DNA of 17,130 nt from Nitrosopumilales archaeon (GCA_044507735.1 JBIQJB010000036.1:1-17130); one strand, 5' to 3'; shown: positions 8,388-16,935, numbered from the stretch's first letter. Notes: generated from the letters alone by a model not told the origin. Numbers and translations are program-made.

Positions 8388-9458
8388 CTATCTCACCTCT
8401 CCAAGTGCGCGCTCAACATCTGCCATGTTGTTGTATTCTCTATCAGGAAGCTCGCGGATTACCTGAATGACCTGTTCTGCAGACTCGAGCCTCGACTTGT
8501 TATTTTCTGCATGTTCTATCAGGTCTTGCTTCTGCTTTGGAAATTTCGCACCTGACAATACCTTTGCAACTGCTGCGGCAGAAGGTGCCCTTGATGCGGC
8601 CGCCCTGCCACCCGCCTTTCCGCCTCTTCCAGGTGCCTCCTCTTGTGCAAGATGTTTCACCTCTCCGGCCATGGGCCGCTCCCCTTTCGCCGGAAATTCG
8701 CCCTTTAGAATTGGCTTTAGCGGAACTTGATCTTTCCTAATCCGCAATTCATTGAATAGCTCCGCCGAGTCTGCAGTTTCCTTCTCTTCGTTTAGGTCTA
8801 TCCCAAGCTCCTCTCTCACATCTTTTTCCCTTGCACCTATCAGCAGGACCTGGGCGTTTTCATAATTTAGCAGCCGTGGGTCTTCAACATTTATCCACCG
8901 CCTCTTGCCAAATTTTTCCAGAATCTCTGAATTGTATTTCGGTCTTCTCTTCTCAAATGCTTTGAACCCCGGAATAGTAATATCCGGATTCTTGACCGAA
9001 ACTATGTATCTTGCCTCTTTTTTAATTTCAAACTCTTTTTGAGTGGGACCTGGAATCTCTGGCAGCTCCAGCGTGTATGCAAGCTCTGTGTGGCTGTCAT
9101 GCTTTACTATGGCATATTTGCCCTCCCCCGCAGGCGCAGCTGCGGCGAGCCTCCTCTTTCCTCTTGTCTCAGTTTCATATTCTGCCGCGAGGAGCTCTTT
9201 CCTGATGTCTTCCGGATTTTTCGTTGTCAGGGTGCACAGGGCCCAGTTTCTCTCTTCAGACGTTGACTTGCCCTTGACTATTTCTGGCAGCTGCTTTCTT
9301 CCCAATATGAACAGCCTGTATTGATCAGCGTTCTCCGGAGCAGTGACCATGTAGAACCGCTGGATGTCGTCGATATCGCTGACCTCTTCGGCCCCTACTT
9401 TTGGTCTGTAAAAGAAAAAGATGTCTCCCCGTTCCACGACTTCGGATTCTCGAGACAT
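8388..9458 (-). CDS. Uncharacterised 'ERGDIFFFYRPKV' domain fused to a C-terminal DUF2795-like domain
   Basis: Conserved-looking blocks ERGDIFFFYRPKV, DDIQRF, GRKQLP, YETETRG, GEGKYAI, AYTLELP and SVKNP. The C-terminus reads LSGAKFPKQKQDLIEHA..LPDREYNNMADVERALGEV. ATG 9458 is preferred over 9536. Confidence 0.85.
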   Translation of the reverse strand: MSRESEVVERGDIFFFYRPKVGAEEVSDIDDIQRFYMVTAPENADQYRLFILGRKQLPEIVKGKSTSEERNWALCTLTTKNPEDIRKELLAAEYETETRGKRRLAAAAPAGEGKYAIVKHDSHTELAYTLELPEIPGPTQKEFEIKKEARYIVSVKNPDITIPGFKAFEKRRPKYNSEILEKFGKRRWINVEDPRLLNYENAQVLLIGAREKDVREELGIDLNEEKETADSAELFNELRIRKDQVPLKPILKGEFPAKGERPMAGEVKHLAQEEAPGRGGKAGGRAAASRAPSAAAVAKVLSGAKFPKQKQDLIEHAENNKSRLESAEQVIQVIRELPDREYNNMADVERALGEVR

Positions 9459-9792
9459 GTCTTCGCATAGCCGGGATGCGACATATGCGTTAAGGATCGT
9501 AGTACCATTAGATAAAGCCGGATGGGGGCTGGGCATGAGAAAGAGAAGCGGCCGAGACCTGTCGTGCCTCTTACTCCCAATTTTTCTGCATTATTGTGAT
9601 GGGTGTATATGTGCGTCGCTGATATGCGCTGGAATCTTCACCAAGCGCCTCACCGTGGTCTGAGCCTTGCCACGTTGACATCCGCTGGTTTGGCCTCGTG
9701 ACTTCATAATGACACGCGACAAAGCCGGCGGAAGAGTCTCTATCTATTCTTTGGTATGAACCTTGAGGGCAAAGCCATAATGCATCGGTAGG

Positions 9793-10173
9793 ATGTTAGT
9801 AACCATGCTGTTCAAGAACAAGAAGGGCTACCTGTGGGTCACCCTTGCATTCTTTGCCATATCTCTTACCGTACATTGGACCTTTGCGTGGTTTGCATAT
9901 GTAGACGAGCAGGCAGAGCATCACCAGCCTGCGGGAATTGGCGGCTATCTCGTTGTGACAATGAGGGACACGATGGAGAACTGGCAGTCAGAATTCCTGC
10001 AGCTGATATGGCAAGTGGCGGGCCTATCTCTTCTACTGTATGTCGGGTCTCCGCAGTCCAAGGAAGGGCAGGATAGGGCAGAAGAAAAGATCGACTTCCT
10101 AATAAAGAAACTAGATCCGGCAAACGCGCAACGATTGCTGGAAGAGTGGGAAAAGAAATATCCAAAGAACTAG
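9793..10173 (+). CDS. DUF6766-like membrane protein
   Basis: TM helix, then EQAEHHQP, ENWQSEFLQL, a second TM helix and GSPQSK, matching the remembered signature of DUF6766. Confidence 0.75.
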   Translation: MLVTMLFKNKKGYLWVTLAFFAISLTVHWTFAWFAYVDEQAEHHQPAGIGGYLVVTMRDTMENWQSEFLQLIWQVAGLSLLLYVGSPQSKEGQDRAEEKIDFLIKKLDPANAQRLLEEWEKKYPKN

Positions 10174-10302
10174 CGACCAATTCGTCCGCAAAAGTAACCA
10201 CAACCAAATGTTGTGCTTGCTTCGCGAACATGCGCCTCCTTGAAACTCTAGATGCGCTTTATGGGTGTACATTCTCAAAATCTCCACGAGGTCTGGTGCA
10301 CT

Positions 10303-11565
10303 TTAGCGCCTGATGATGTTGCACTTGACCTTGGTTCCAAGGACCAGGAAGGAAATGACTGCAAGCACTGCGCTGGTTGCGCCGAAAGGTACGAACCACA
10401 TGAGATCCCCGCTTGTAAAAATCGATATGAAATATCCCATGAACAGCGGGCCCAGCACCAGTCCCAAGTCGCCTATCAATCTGTTCAGCCCGATGCCGCG
10501 GGTGACGTGCGAATTGACGTCGAGCACCTGCCCCGCGCTCTTTTCACTCCTCTTCTTTACTTTCTCTTCTATCTGCTCTGCAGCCCATGCGATCGATTGG
10601 CCAAAGAATCCTGAAGTGACGCCTATCACTGTCATTATTGCAAGCAGGACTGCCATCGTTGTTGATAGCGGAATGATCGCTACGAGCACTGCAGACGTGA
10701 GGATTGCAGCAAACAGGGGTTTTTGCATGCCGTATGCCTGGGTGACTCTTCCTGAAAAGAACGAACTGACCAGGTTGGCGGCAGACGCGACCGTGAGTAT
10801 TATCCCTACATCAAATACAGAGATCGACATTCCGCCGTACGCGAACAGCGGCATCCCCGTAGTGTAGATGCCAGAGCGCAAAAACGCAAAGCCAAAAGTA
10901 GCTATCGCGGCAGTGTTGAGGTAGACCGACATGCTCGCCTTGCGTCTGACGTCCTCTCCCTCACCTGAAGCAATCCTTGTTATTCTAAGCCTGCCAGTGT
11001 ATGCAAGTGTGGCGACGATCGCAAGTGCCACCGCTATCATTGCTGCATACGCAAAGTATGGCGCGTTATATCCGAAAAATGCCGCTATAGGCGCACCGAC
11101 AACTGGGCCGAGGATCGGCCCTAGCATCAGCATCGACTGGTAGCTTCCCATGTTTGTGCCGCGCATTGACGATTCTGACGACAGGAGCACAAATGCAACT
11201 GCTGCGCTGACGTAGATGGAAGAGCCTATACCTTCCACCACTCTTGCAGCAAGGAGCATCCAGTAGTTTGGGGCAACACCTGCAAGGGCTGACGACCCGG
11301 CAAGCGCGCCAAGACCTAGCACCATCGTCCTGCTCATGCCCACCTTGTCTGCAAGCACGCCTGCAGGTATATCGAATGCTAGCCTGCCTATCGCAAAGCC
11401 AGCAACAGCAGCGCCCACAAAGAACTCGTTTGCACCAAGGCCTTGCTGCGCGTAAAGCGTCAGCGAAGGGGTGACCATGCTCGAGCCCATCATGACTACA
11501 AGCGAGACGAGCGAAAGGGCCACTATGCTAGGCTTGATGTTAATGTACTCGTTTAACCTGAACAA
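10303..11565 (-). CDS. MFS transporter (DHA1-like)
   Basis: About 12 TM helices with motif A (GVLADKVGMSR), motif B (ARVVEGIG) and motif C-like GPILGPVVG. Confidence 0.92.
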   Translation of the reverse strand: MFRLNEYINIKPSIVALSLVSLVVMMGSSMVTPSLTLYAQQGLGANEFFVGAAVAGFAIGRLAFDIPAGVLADKVGMSRTMVLGLGALAGSSALAGVAPNYWMLLAARVVEGIGSSIYVSAAVAFVLLSSESSMRGTNMGSYQSMLMLGPILGPVVGAPIAAFFGYNAPYFAYAAMIAVALAIVATLAYTGRLRITRIASGEGEDVRRKASMSVYLNTAAIATFGFAFLRSGIYTTGMPLFAYGGMSISVFDVGIILTVASAANLVSSFFSGRVTQAYGMQKPLFAAILTSAVLVAIIPLSTTMAVLLAIMTVIGVTSGFFGQSIAWAAEQIEEKVKKRSEKSAGQVLDVNSHVTRGIGLNRLIGDLGLVLGPLFMGYFISIFTSGDLMWFVPFGATSAVLAVISFLVLGTKVKCNIIRR

Positions 11566-11703
11566 AGTGTGAAAGACATGAGATTAGTGAACGTAATGAC
11601 TAATTTACCTTTGTGTGTGGGCAAGGGCCCGAGGGAATTCGATCATTTGTTTGAAACACTGGCCACAAAGCCTCTGATATGACAATCGCATTTACCAGAT
11701 GTG

Positions 11704-12072
11704 TTACCTGTCATGATGATGGGTCCCACGATGATCTGCATGACGGTGGTTACTAACTTGATTTCTGCCCCGTGAGTACTTGATCTTGTGTTCCGCAAAT
11801 GCCTGAGCCTTTTCTAAAAAGTCATCGGAGTCCTTGCTATGCTCGATGATGTATGTCAATGTCTGGTCATCATCAATACGCCTCTCGCCGCAATCTGGGC
11901 ATGTGATGTAACTATCAATGATCTCGTCATCTGTTATTTCTGCTAATTTCCTTCTGAATAACATTATGTCCTGGTCAGTGGCTCCAAGCTCTTTCCTCAT
12001 CCTTTCCTCGTTCACGGCCTGCGTCCTCCTCTGCCTTGCACGCAGCTCTTCTGCCAGCCCGTGTTTGTCCAT
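11704..12072 (-). CDS. Hypothetical protein with CPDC motif and His-rich tail
   Basis: DDEIIDSYITCPDCGE and a C-terminal NHRHADHRGTHHHDR. Confidence 0.75.
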   Translation of the reverse strand: MDKHGLAEELRARQRRTQAVNEERMRKELGATDQDIMLFRRKLAEITDDEIIDSYITCPDCGERRIDDDQTLTYIIEHSKDSDDFLEKAQAFAEHKIKYSRGRNQVSNHRHADHRGTHHHDR

Positions 12073-12084
12073 CTATGTTGCCGC

Positions 12085-12276
12085 TTATTTGGGTGAAAGG
12101 TCATTCAAGAACTTTTCTGGTGCTGCCTCTCCAATTGCCACCTGTGGTAGTGGATGACCCCTCTGCAAATCTTCTGATGCGAAAACCTCTTGATCTACTT
12201 CATTCACGAACTTGATATAATCGTCGTCACGGACGGCTCTCTGTTCAAATTCCTCTATGGTGGCCTGTAGCCGCAA
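12085..12276 (-). CDS. Small acidic hypothetical protein (start uncertain)
   Basis: Protein-like helical composition. It ends 12 nt before the 12072 ATG and has only a TTG start. Confidence 0.5.
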   Translation of the reverse strand: MRLQATIEEFEQRAVRDDDYIKFVNEVDQEVFASEDLQRGHPLPQVAIGEAAPEKFLNDLSPK

Positions 12277-12323
12277 CCACTATGGCAGAAATCGCAATCA
12301 ACTTTTGTTGCCCTTGGCAATTA

Positions 12324-12464
12324 TCATCTGTATACTCGACCTTCTTGGACGTGCTCCAAGAGCATATGCCTTTGATAATTTCCTAGTATTCTGTAACGCT
12401 TGCCGCATAACTGGCACGAGTATCCTGTAAAGCTCTCGGTTCTTGTTTGTGCTGCCGTGGCCAC
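12324..12464 (-). CDS. C2H2 zinc-finger microprotein (46 aa; not in ORF track)
   Basis: GTG-started MATAAQTRTESFTGYSCQLCGKRYRILGNYQRHMLLEHVQEGRVYR* contains Y-x-C-x2-C-x12-H-x4-H. TTTTAT at 12493-12488 is about 24 nt upstream. Confidence 0.8.
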   Translation of the reverse strand: MATAAQTRTESFTGYSCQLCGKRYRILGNYQRHMLLEHVQEGRVYR

Positions 12465-12631
12465 AATCTATTCATGGCAAACAATGCATAAAACAGGTAC
12501 AAACAATCGACCGGCCCCGCCGTTCCCGGATTGTGTTCGTAGTAACCTAAAAAAGCGATAATGATCGTACTGTACAGATAGTGTCAAAGCGGGAAATCCG
12601 GGTTGGCAGATTGTGCCTTTGAGTTTCGCCT

Positions 12632-14152
12632 ATGACCTCGCCACATAATTTTTCCCAAAGAGACTGGACTCTATTTTTCAAGCGTGCAGACGACTTTCTC
12701 GACAGGACGGCAGAATACGTACACCTGGGCGTAAATCCGGGCGGCTACTATAAGGCGATTTGGATGAGAGATGCCGCATACATACTCAAAGACCAGTTCC
12801 TCACCGGAGATACTTACAGCGTCCTTCGGTCACTCTACTTTATCTGGTCGCATCAGATTGGGAGAAGCAGCGAAGAAAAGATAATCTACGGCAGGGGGTC
12901 TCCTGAACTCAAATTCAGAATCAACCATGCAGACGGTGGATTGAAAGAAAAGTTTGCAGGTGCATTGCCCTCAACAATATATCATAACCGCGGCTTCTCG
13001 GAGGTCTATGCACGCAATCCTGACATCGATTCAACTGCACTGATGGTGTCAACCACATCGTGGATTCTGGACGTCTACCTCAAGGCCGGCCTTTATTCTT
13101 ACCACGATCCTGTAACGACTAAACCATTGTCATCTGCGGAAGACAAGCAAGGTGCACACCTGCACCGCGGAGCTGAGGATTTGTCGATGGCCGATCAAGC
13201 AGGCAAGAGGGTAATATTCAAGCCTGTAGAATTGATACAATTTATCGTCCCCCGAATGCTTGAAGCAGTCAACTACCTTGCAAGCAGAGACGTTGACAAT
13301 GACGGGCTTGTTGAGCAAGGGTACAACGAGGACTGGATGGATACTGCACTGCGCGCGGGCAAAATAGTCTACAATCAGGCATGCTGGATCTTGGCAACCA
13401 GCAATTTCTCATCACTGCTCTATGAAATAGGGGAGAAAAGTCTGGCACGCAAGCTGGCAGGGATGGCAGAGAGGACTGTAAATGCAGTCGAGGAAAAGTT
13501 GTGGTCAGAACAGGATGGCGCTTACGTCGACATCAAGTACGATGGAACCGGGGATCACAACAAGGAACGAATGCTGACGCAGGACATCTCACTCTATCTT
13601 GTGTCAATAACCGAGAATACTCTAAACGATAGCCTCAGCCTCCACATGAAAAGAAATGATGGAGAAGATGGCGATGGCATTGATAATGACGATCTCTCCA
13701 AGAGCTCATTCAACCATCCTCAACAATCATCATCTTCACTTGGCATAAAGAAGGCTGTTCCTCGGGTTCCATACAAGACCATACAAGAGAGAGCCTTCAC
13801 GACTTTGCAGACAATGAAAGGCCGCACATGGCTGAATGGCGGATGGCCAGTGATAACAGAAAAGGAGCTTCAAAGAACCGGACCTTGGAAGCTGGATCCA
13901 AACCAGTACCACAACCATACCTTTTGGCCGTGGATCACCGGGATAGAAATTCTTGCAAGAAGCCGATTCCAAATGTATGACGAATGCGACATGCTCCTGT
14001 CTACCCTTACAAAGGAGGGACACCAACAGACTCTTGCCTACTACGAATGGGTCAATCCTGTAACCGGCAAGGGAAGCGGGGCGTTTCCATTCAGGACCGG
14101 CATTTCCACGATAAGGATGGCTCTGACCGACATCCTGCTCTCCCGCGTTTGA
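12632..14152 (+). CDS. Six-hairpin glycosidase (amylo-alpha-1,6-glucosidase/GDE_C-like)
   Basis: Motifs WMRDA, DIDST, DVDNDGLVEQ..NEDWMD, YNQA, YHNHTFWPW and a terminal YEW, as in (alpha/alpha)6 debranching-enzyme and invertase-like hydrolases. Confidence 0.8.
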   Translation: MTSPHNFSQRDWTLFFKRADDFLDRTAEYVHLGVNPGGYYKAIWMRDAAYILKDQFLTGDTYSVLRSLYFIWSHQIGRSSEEKIIYGRGSPELKFRINHADGGLKEKFAGALPSTIYHNRGFSEVYARNPDIDSTALMVSTTSWILDVYLKAGLYSYHDPVTTKPLSSAEDKQGAHLHRGAEDLSMADQAGKRVIFKPVELIQFIVPRMLEAVNYLASRDVDNDGLVEQGYNEDWMDTALRAGKIVYNQACWILATSNFSSLLYEIGEKSLARKLAGMAERTVNAVEEKLWSEQDGAYVDIKYDGTGDHNKERMLTQDISLYLVSITENTLNDSLSLHMKRNDGEDGDGIDNDDLSKSSFNHPQQSSSSLGIKKAVPRVPYKTIQERAFTTLQTMKGRTWLNGGWPVITEKELQRTGPWKLDPNQYHNHTFWPWITGIEILARSRFQMYDECDMLLSTLTKEGHQQTLAYYEWVNPVTGKGSGAFPFRTGISTIRMALTDILLSRV

Positions 14153-14153
14153 G

Positions 14154-14429
14154 CTAATGGCGCGTCCGGTGCATCATCCTGTACCTGCCCTTCAAGAAAA
14201 GCAGAATCGCATTGAATATGATGCCGGCAACGTTTGATCCGATGATCACAAGGTCGTCACGCATGATCCCATAGACAACCCAGAGGGAAAAGCCCGCAAT
14301 GAAAAATGGCATAAGGTATACAGAGACATCCGCCATGCTGTGCGTCCTGACTGCCCTGATTATCTGCGGGATAAAGCTGGACATGGTCAGGGCCGCCGCC
14401 GATATCCCCACCACTGTATCTATCTCCAT
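14154..14429 (-). CDS. SemiSWEET (PQ-loop/MtN3) sugar transporter
   Basis: 91 aa with three TM helices, LTMSSFIPQ, DVS, LWVVYG and conserved N in IIGSN. Confidence 0.92.
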   Translation of the reverse strand: MEIDTVVGISAAALTMSSFIPQIIRAVRTHSMADVSVYLMPFFIAGFSLWVVYGIMRDDLVIIGSNVAGIIFNAILLFLKGRYRMMHRTRH

Positions 14430-14542
14430 GTATGCCTCAACTATGACGATATGGCATAAATCAAAATCCGCTCCTGCTGACTACGGGGTTGTGCTGTGCT
14501 TGCATGGACTGATTGGCGCGCTTATCTCTTCTGTAGAGGCTA

Positions 14543-15220
14543 CTATCTCAATGAATAAATCTTGTAGCTGATCCCGTTCCTCTCGTCAAAAAACGTCCAT
14601 CTCGCGTGATCCACCTTGATCTCGTCAAAACCCTCTCTGTCGGCTAGTTTTTCATATACTGATTGGCCCACGACAATCTCCCAGGTCTTTGCCAGAGGGA
14701 GCATCTTTGCGGCCATGCTGATGCTCAACCCGACAATGTCAATGTGCGACCGCTCAAGACTCTTGCCGTAAAGCACTACCTGCACGTCTCCCTGGTCAGC
14801 AGAAATTTTTGCCTTGATCTCCGGGAGCCCGTGGGTCTTCAACTCTGGGTTGATGCATTTCTTGATTACTTCCCGCATGCCCTTTGCGCAATCCATTGCG
14901 TTCTTTACCGCCTGCCTGCTGTCATACTCTGCAGGAAAAAGACCGATCACCGCATCGCCAACGAACTTTAGGATATACCCGCCGTATTCGCTGATAAGAA
15001 GGCTCATCTCCTGCGAAAAGACATGCAGTATGGTCGCAAACTTGTTGGGCTCAATTGACATGCTCAATTTTGTAGAACCGTCAAGGTCAACATACAGTAT
15101 CGCGACTGCTATCTTCTGGTTAACCCGTCTCATTAGGAAGCGCTTGCACTGATCAGTTGATAGGTCGATCTGAACCCCTTTGTCGAGAGTCTGGCGCACG
15201 CGGGCCTGAATAGCATCCAT
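14543..15220 (-). CDS. Class III adenylate/guanylate cyclase, standalone catalytic domain
   Basis: ILYVDLDGSTKLS, GGYILKFVGDAVIGLF and DIVG..ISMAAKM. ATG 15220 is preferred over TTG 15241. Confidence 0.9.
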   Translation of the reverse strand: MDAIQARVRQTLDKGVQIDLSTDQCKRFLMRRVNQKIAVAILYVDLDGSTKLSMSIEPNKFATILHVFSQEMSLLISEYGGYILKFVGDAVIGLFPAEYDSRQAVKNAMDCAKGMREVIKKCINPELKTHGLPEIKAKISADQGDVQVVLYGKSLERSHIDIVGLSISMAAKMLPLAKTWEIVVGQSVYEKLADREGFDEIKVDHARWTFFDERNGISYKIYSLR

Positions 15221-15350
15221 ATCGCGTGTAGGCGAGAGCAACTACAATGGGCATGTCGGGCGCCATATGTATATCTTGCATTGTACACATATGATTGCAT
15301 AGCTGATTTATTACCAAGTGAGATATGCAATGCAGATCAGGCAAGATCAA

Positions 15351-16064
15351 ATGTCGCTTGGCGAAAAGAAGAAGGGGAGAGCCCGTGCCGCATCTCCCGT
15401 CGCAGAGCAGGTCATTTCCGCTCAGGTGGCACCCGACAGGCGTCAAGAGATTCTAGAATATCTAAAGCTGTTTGGATACAAGCCTGAACGCACCATCCTG
15501 CAGGTGCATATACCCGGGTTTTTCAACAAGAGACGATTTGACAAGCGAGAATCGGAAAAGAGGCAGGCCGCCACAAAGAGGTATGGCGGCACCACGTTTG
15601 TAATAGTGGGCAGGACGCACGACCCTGCAATACTGGAGCAGGTGATCAAGCCACGGAAAAAGGCAGATGCCGCAAGCCCCGGCTACATCGGCTATCTGTG
15701 GAAAAACAAGGATCCGCAACACAGGGCGCCCCATGAAGTACTTCCGCTTGATTTTACGCCAGCTCACGTCCCATATCCCGATGACTGGAAAAACATGTTT
15801 GCAACCAAGGGGTTTGTGATAGCAATGCATGTTCATTCGTCGTTTGCAAAGGACAAGAACAGGCTGTCGAGAGCGCTCTATCGCGCAGGAAAGAATGTTG
15901 ATGTCAAGAAGCGCTGGGACTTTATCGATCAGGTAAGGGGCTTTGGGTTTGGACAGCAGGAAACCAGAGGCGAAGACCCGTTGAACATACTGAAACTCCG
16001 GCTTGCCAGGGGCGAAATCGGCCAGTCAGAGTATGAAGATCTGCGCAAGAGCATAGCCTCCTGA
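15351..16064 (+). CDS. Basic hypothetical protein with C-terminal SHOCT domain
   Basis: C-terminal DPLNILKLRLARGEIGQSEYEDLRKSI is the SHOCT signature. The start is uncertain (15318-15351). Confidence 0.8.
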   Translation: MSLGEKKKGRARAASPVAEQVISAQVAPDRRQEILEYLKLFGYKPERTILQVHIPGFFNKRRFDKRESEKRQAATKRYGGTTFVIVGRTHDPAILEQVIKPRKKADAASPGYIGYLWKNKDPQHRAPHEVLPLDFTPAHVPYPDDWKNMFATKGFVIAMHVHSSFAKDKNRLSRALYRAGKNVDVKKRWDFIDQVRGFGFGQQETRGEDPLNILKLRLARGEIGQSEYEDLRKSIAS

Positions 16065-16151
16065 GATCCCTCCTCCTTCTCTCACCCTTACTCTCCCCCT
16101 CCCCCGAGTACTCTTCCTGTTATATCCGCGCTCTGCGATATCAAGAACGCT

Positions 16152-16445
16152 ATGAATTGGTTGAGGAACAAGCGAAAGATCTCTAGCCACGATTTGCTGG
16201 AGATGCTCAAGCGGATAGACCGCGCGTACCAGCTTGTGGAGCTGAATGAAAAAGAGCCGGTGATCTTTGGAACCGATAGCAAGGAGGGGCTGTTCAAGGT
16301 CAGGAGCTCCAAGGACGCAGACAAGTTCTATAACGTAGATGCGGACATCAAGACATGCACATGCCCTGATTTTAATTTCCGCTTCCTAAAGTGCAAGCAC
16401 ATAATTGCGGCCGAGTTTGCCTCTGGCGGCGCATGGCAGAATTAA
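16152..16445 (+). CDS. SWIM zinc-finger protein
   Basis: FKVRSS....YNV...TCTCPDF.....CKHIIA gives C-x-C-xn-C-x-H. TTATAT at 16119-16124 lies upstream. Confidence 0.88.
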   Translation: MNWLRNKRKISSHDLLEMLKRIDRAYQLVELNEKEPVIFGTDSKEGLFKVRSSKDADKFYNVDADIKTCTCPDFNFRFLKCKHIIAAEFASGGAWQN

Positions 16446-16458
16446 GCGAGAGGCGGAA

Positions 16459-16578
16459 ATGGGACACGGCGCAATATGCTCCAACAAGGAATGCAGCCAC
16501 CGGCTTGGGCTGCACCATTACGATACAAAAAGGCGGGCCCTTGTGTGTAGCAAATGCAAGTGCGAAAAATACAAGTAA
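16459..16578 (+). CDS. Cys/His-rich zinc-binding microprotein (39 aa; not in ORF track)
   Basis: MGHGAICSNKECSHRLGLHHYDTKRRALVCSKCKCEKYK*. An SD-like GAGAGGCGG precedes the ATG, which is 13 nt after the SWIM gene stop. Confidence 0.72.
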   Translation: MGHGAICSNKECSHRLGLHHYDTKRRALVCSKCKCEKYK

Positions 16579-16611
16579 AAAATAAATCTCGTTTTTGACC
16601 CTTCTTGTAAT

Positions 16612-16935
16612 ATGCAAAAACTAGAGCCATATCACGGATCAGGAAAAAAGGTTGTAGTTTACAACACTTATGCAGACAAGGGAAGGCTGCATTTTGATGT
16701 CTTTATACCCACAGACAAGAATCATGCAGGAGACGTTCCAAAGGAAATGGACGCTCAGGCAGTCGAGTATGCAAAGGAGTTCCTGAAGCTGATAGGCAAG
16801 CCCTCAGATGACGTTGCAGTTAACATGTGCGAGCGCTGCCACATCGATAACACAGATCTGTATGCAAAACAGCTTTGGCAGCTGCCAGGAAAGGAAGTAT
16901 TCATCTGGCCGATGGAAGGGTGCCCAAAGCCCTAG
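16612..16935 (+). CDS. DUF2024-like protein
   Basis: VYNTY....LHFDVFIP...AVEYAKEFL...CERCH and a terminal MEGC match the remembered DUF2024 pattern. Confidence 0.75.
   Translation: MQKLEPYHGSGKKVVVYNTYADKGRLHFDVFIPTDKNHAGDVPKEMDAQAVEYAKEFLKLIGKPSDDVAVNMCERCHIDNTDLYAKQLWQLPGKEVFIWPMEGCPKP

Noticed and set aside
10252-11474. Long antisense ORFs over the MFS gene (similar shadows lie over the CAP, DUF2795, glycosidase and cyclase genes)
   Set aside because: Shadow frames of well-supported genes on the opposite strand.
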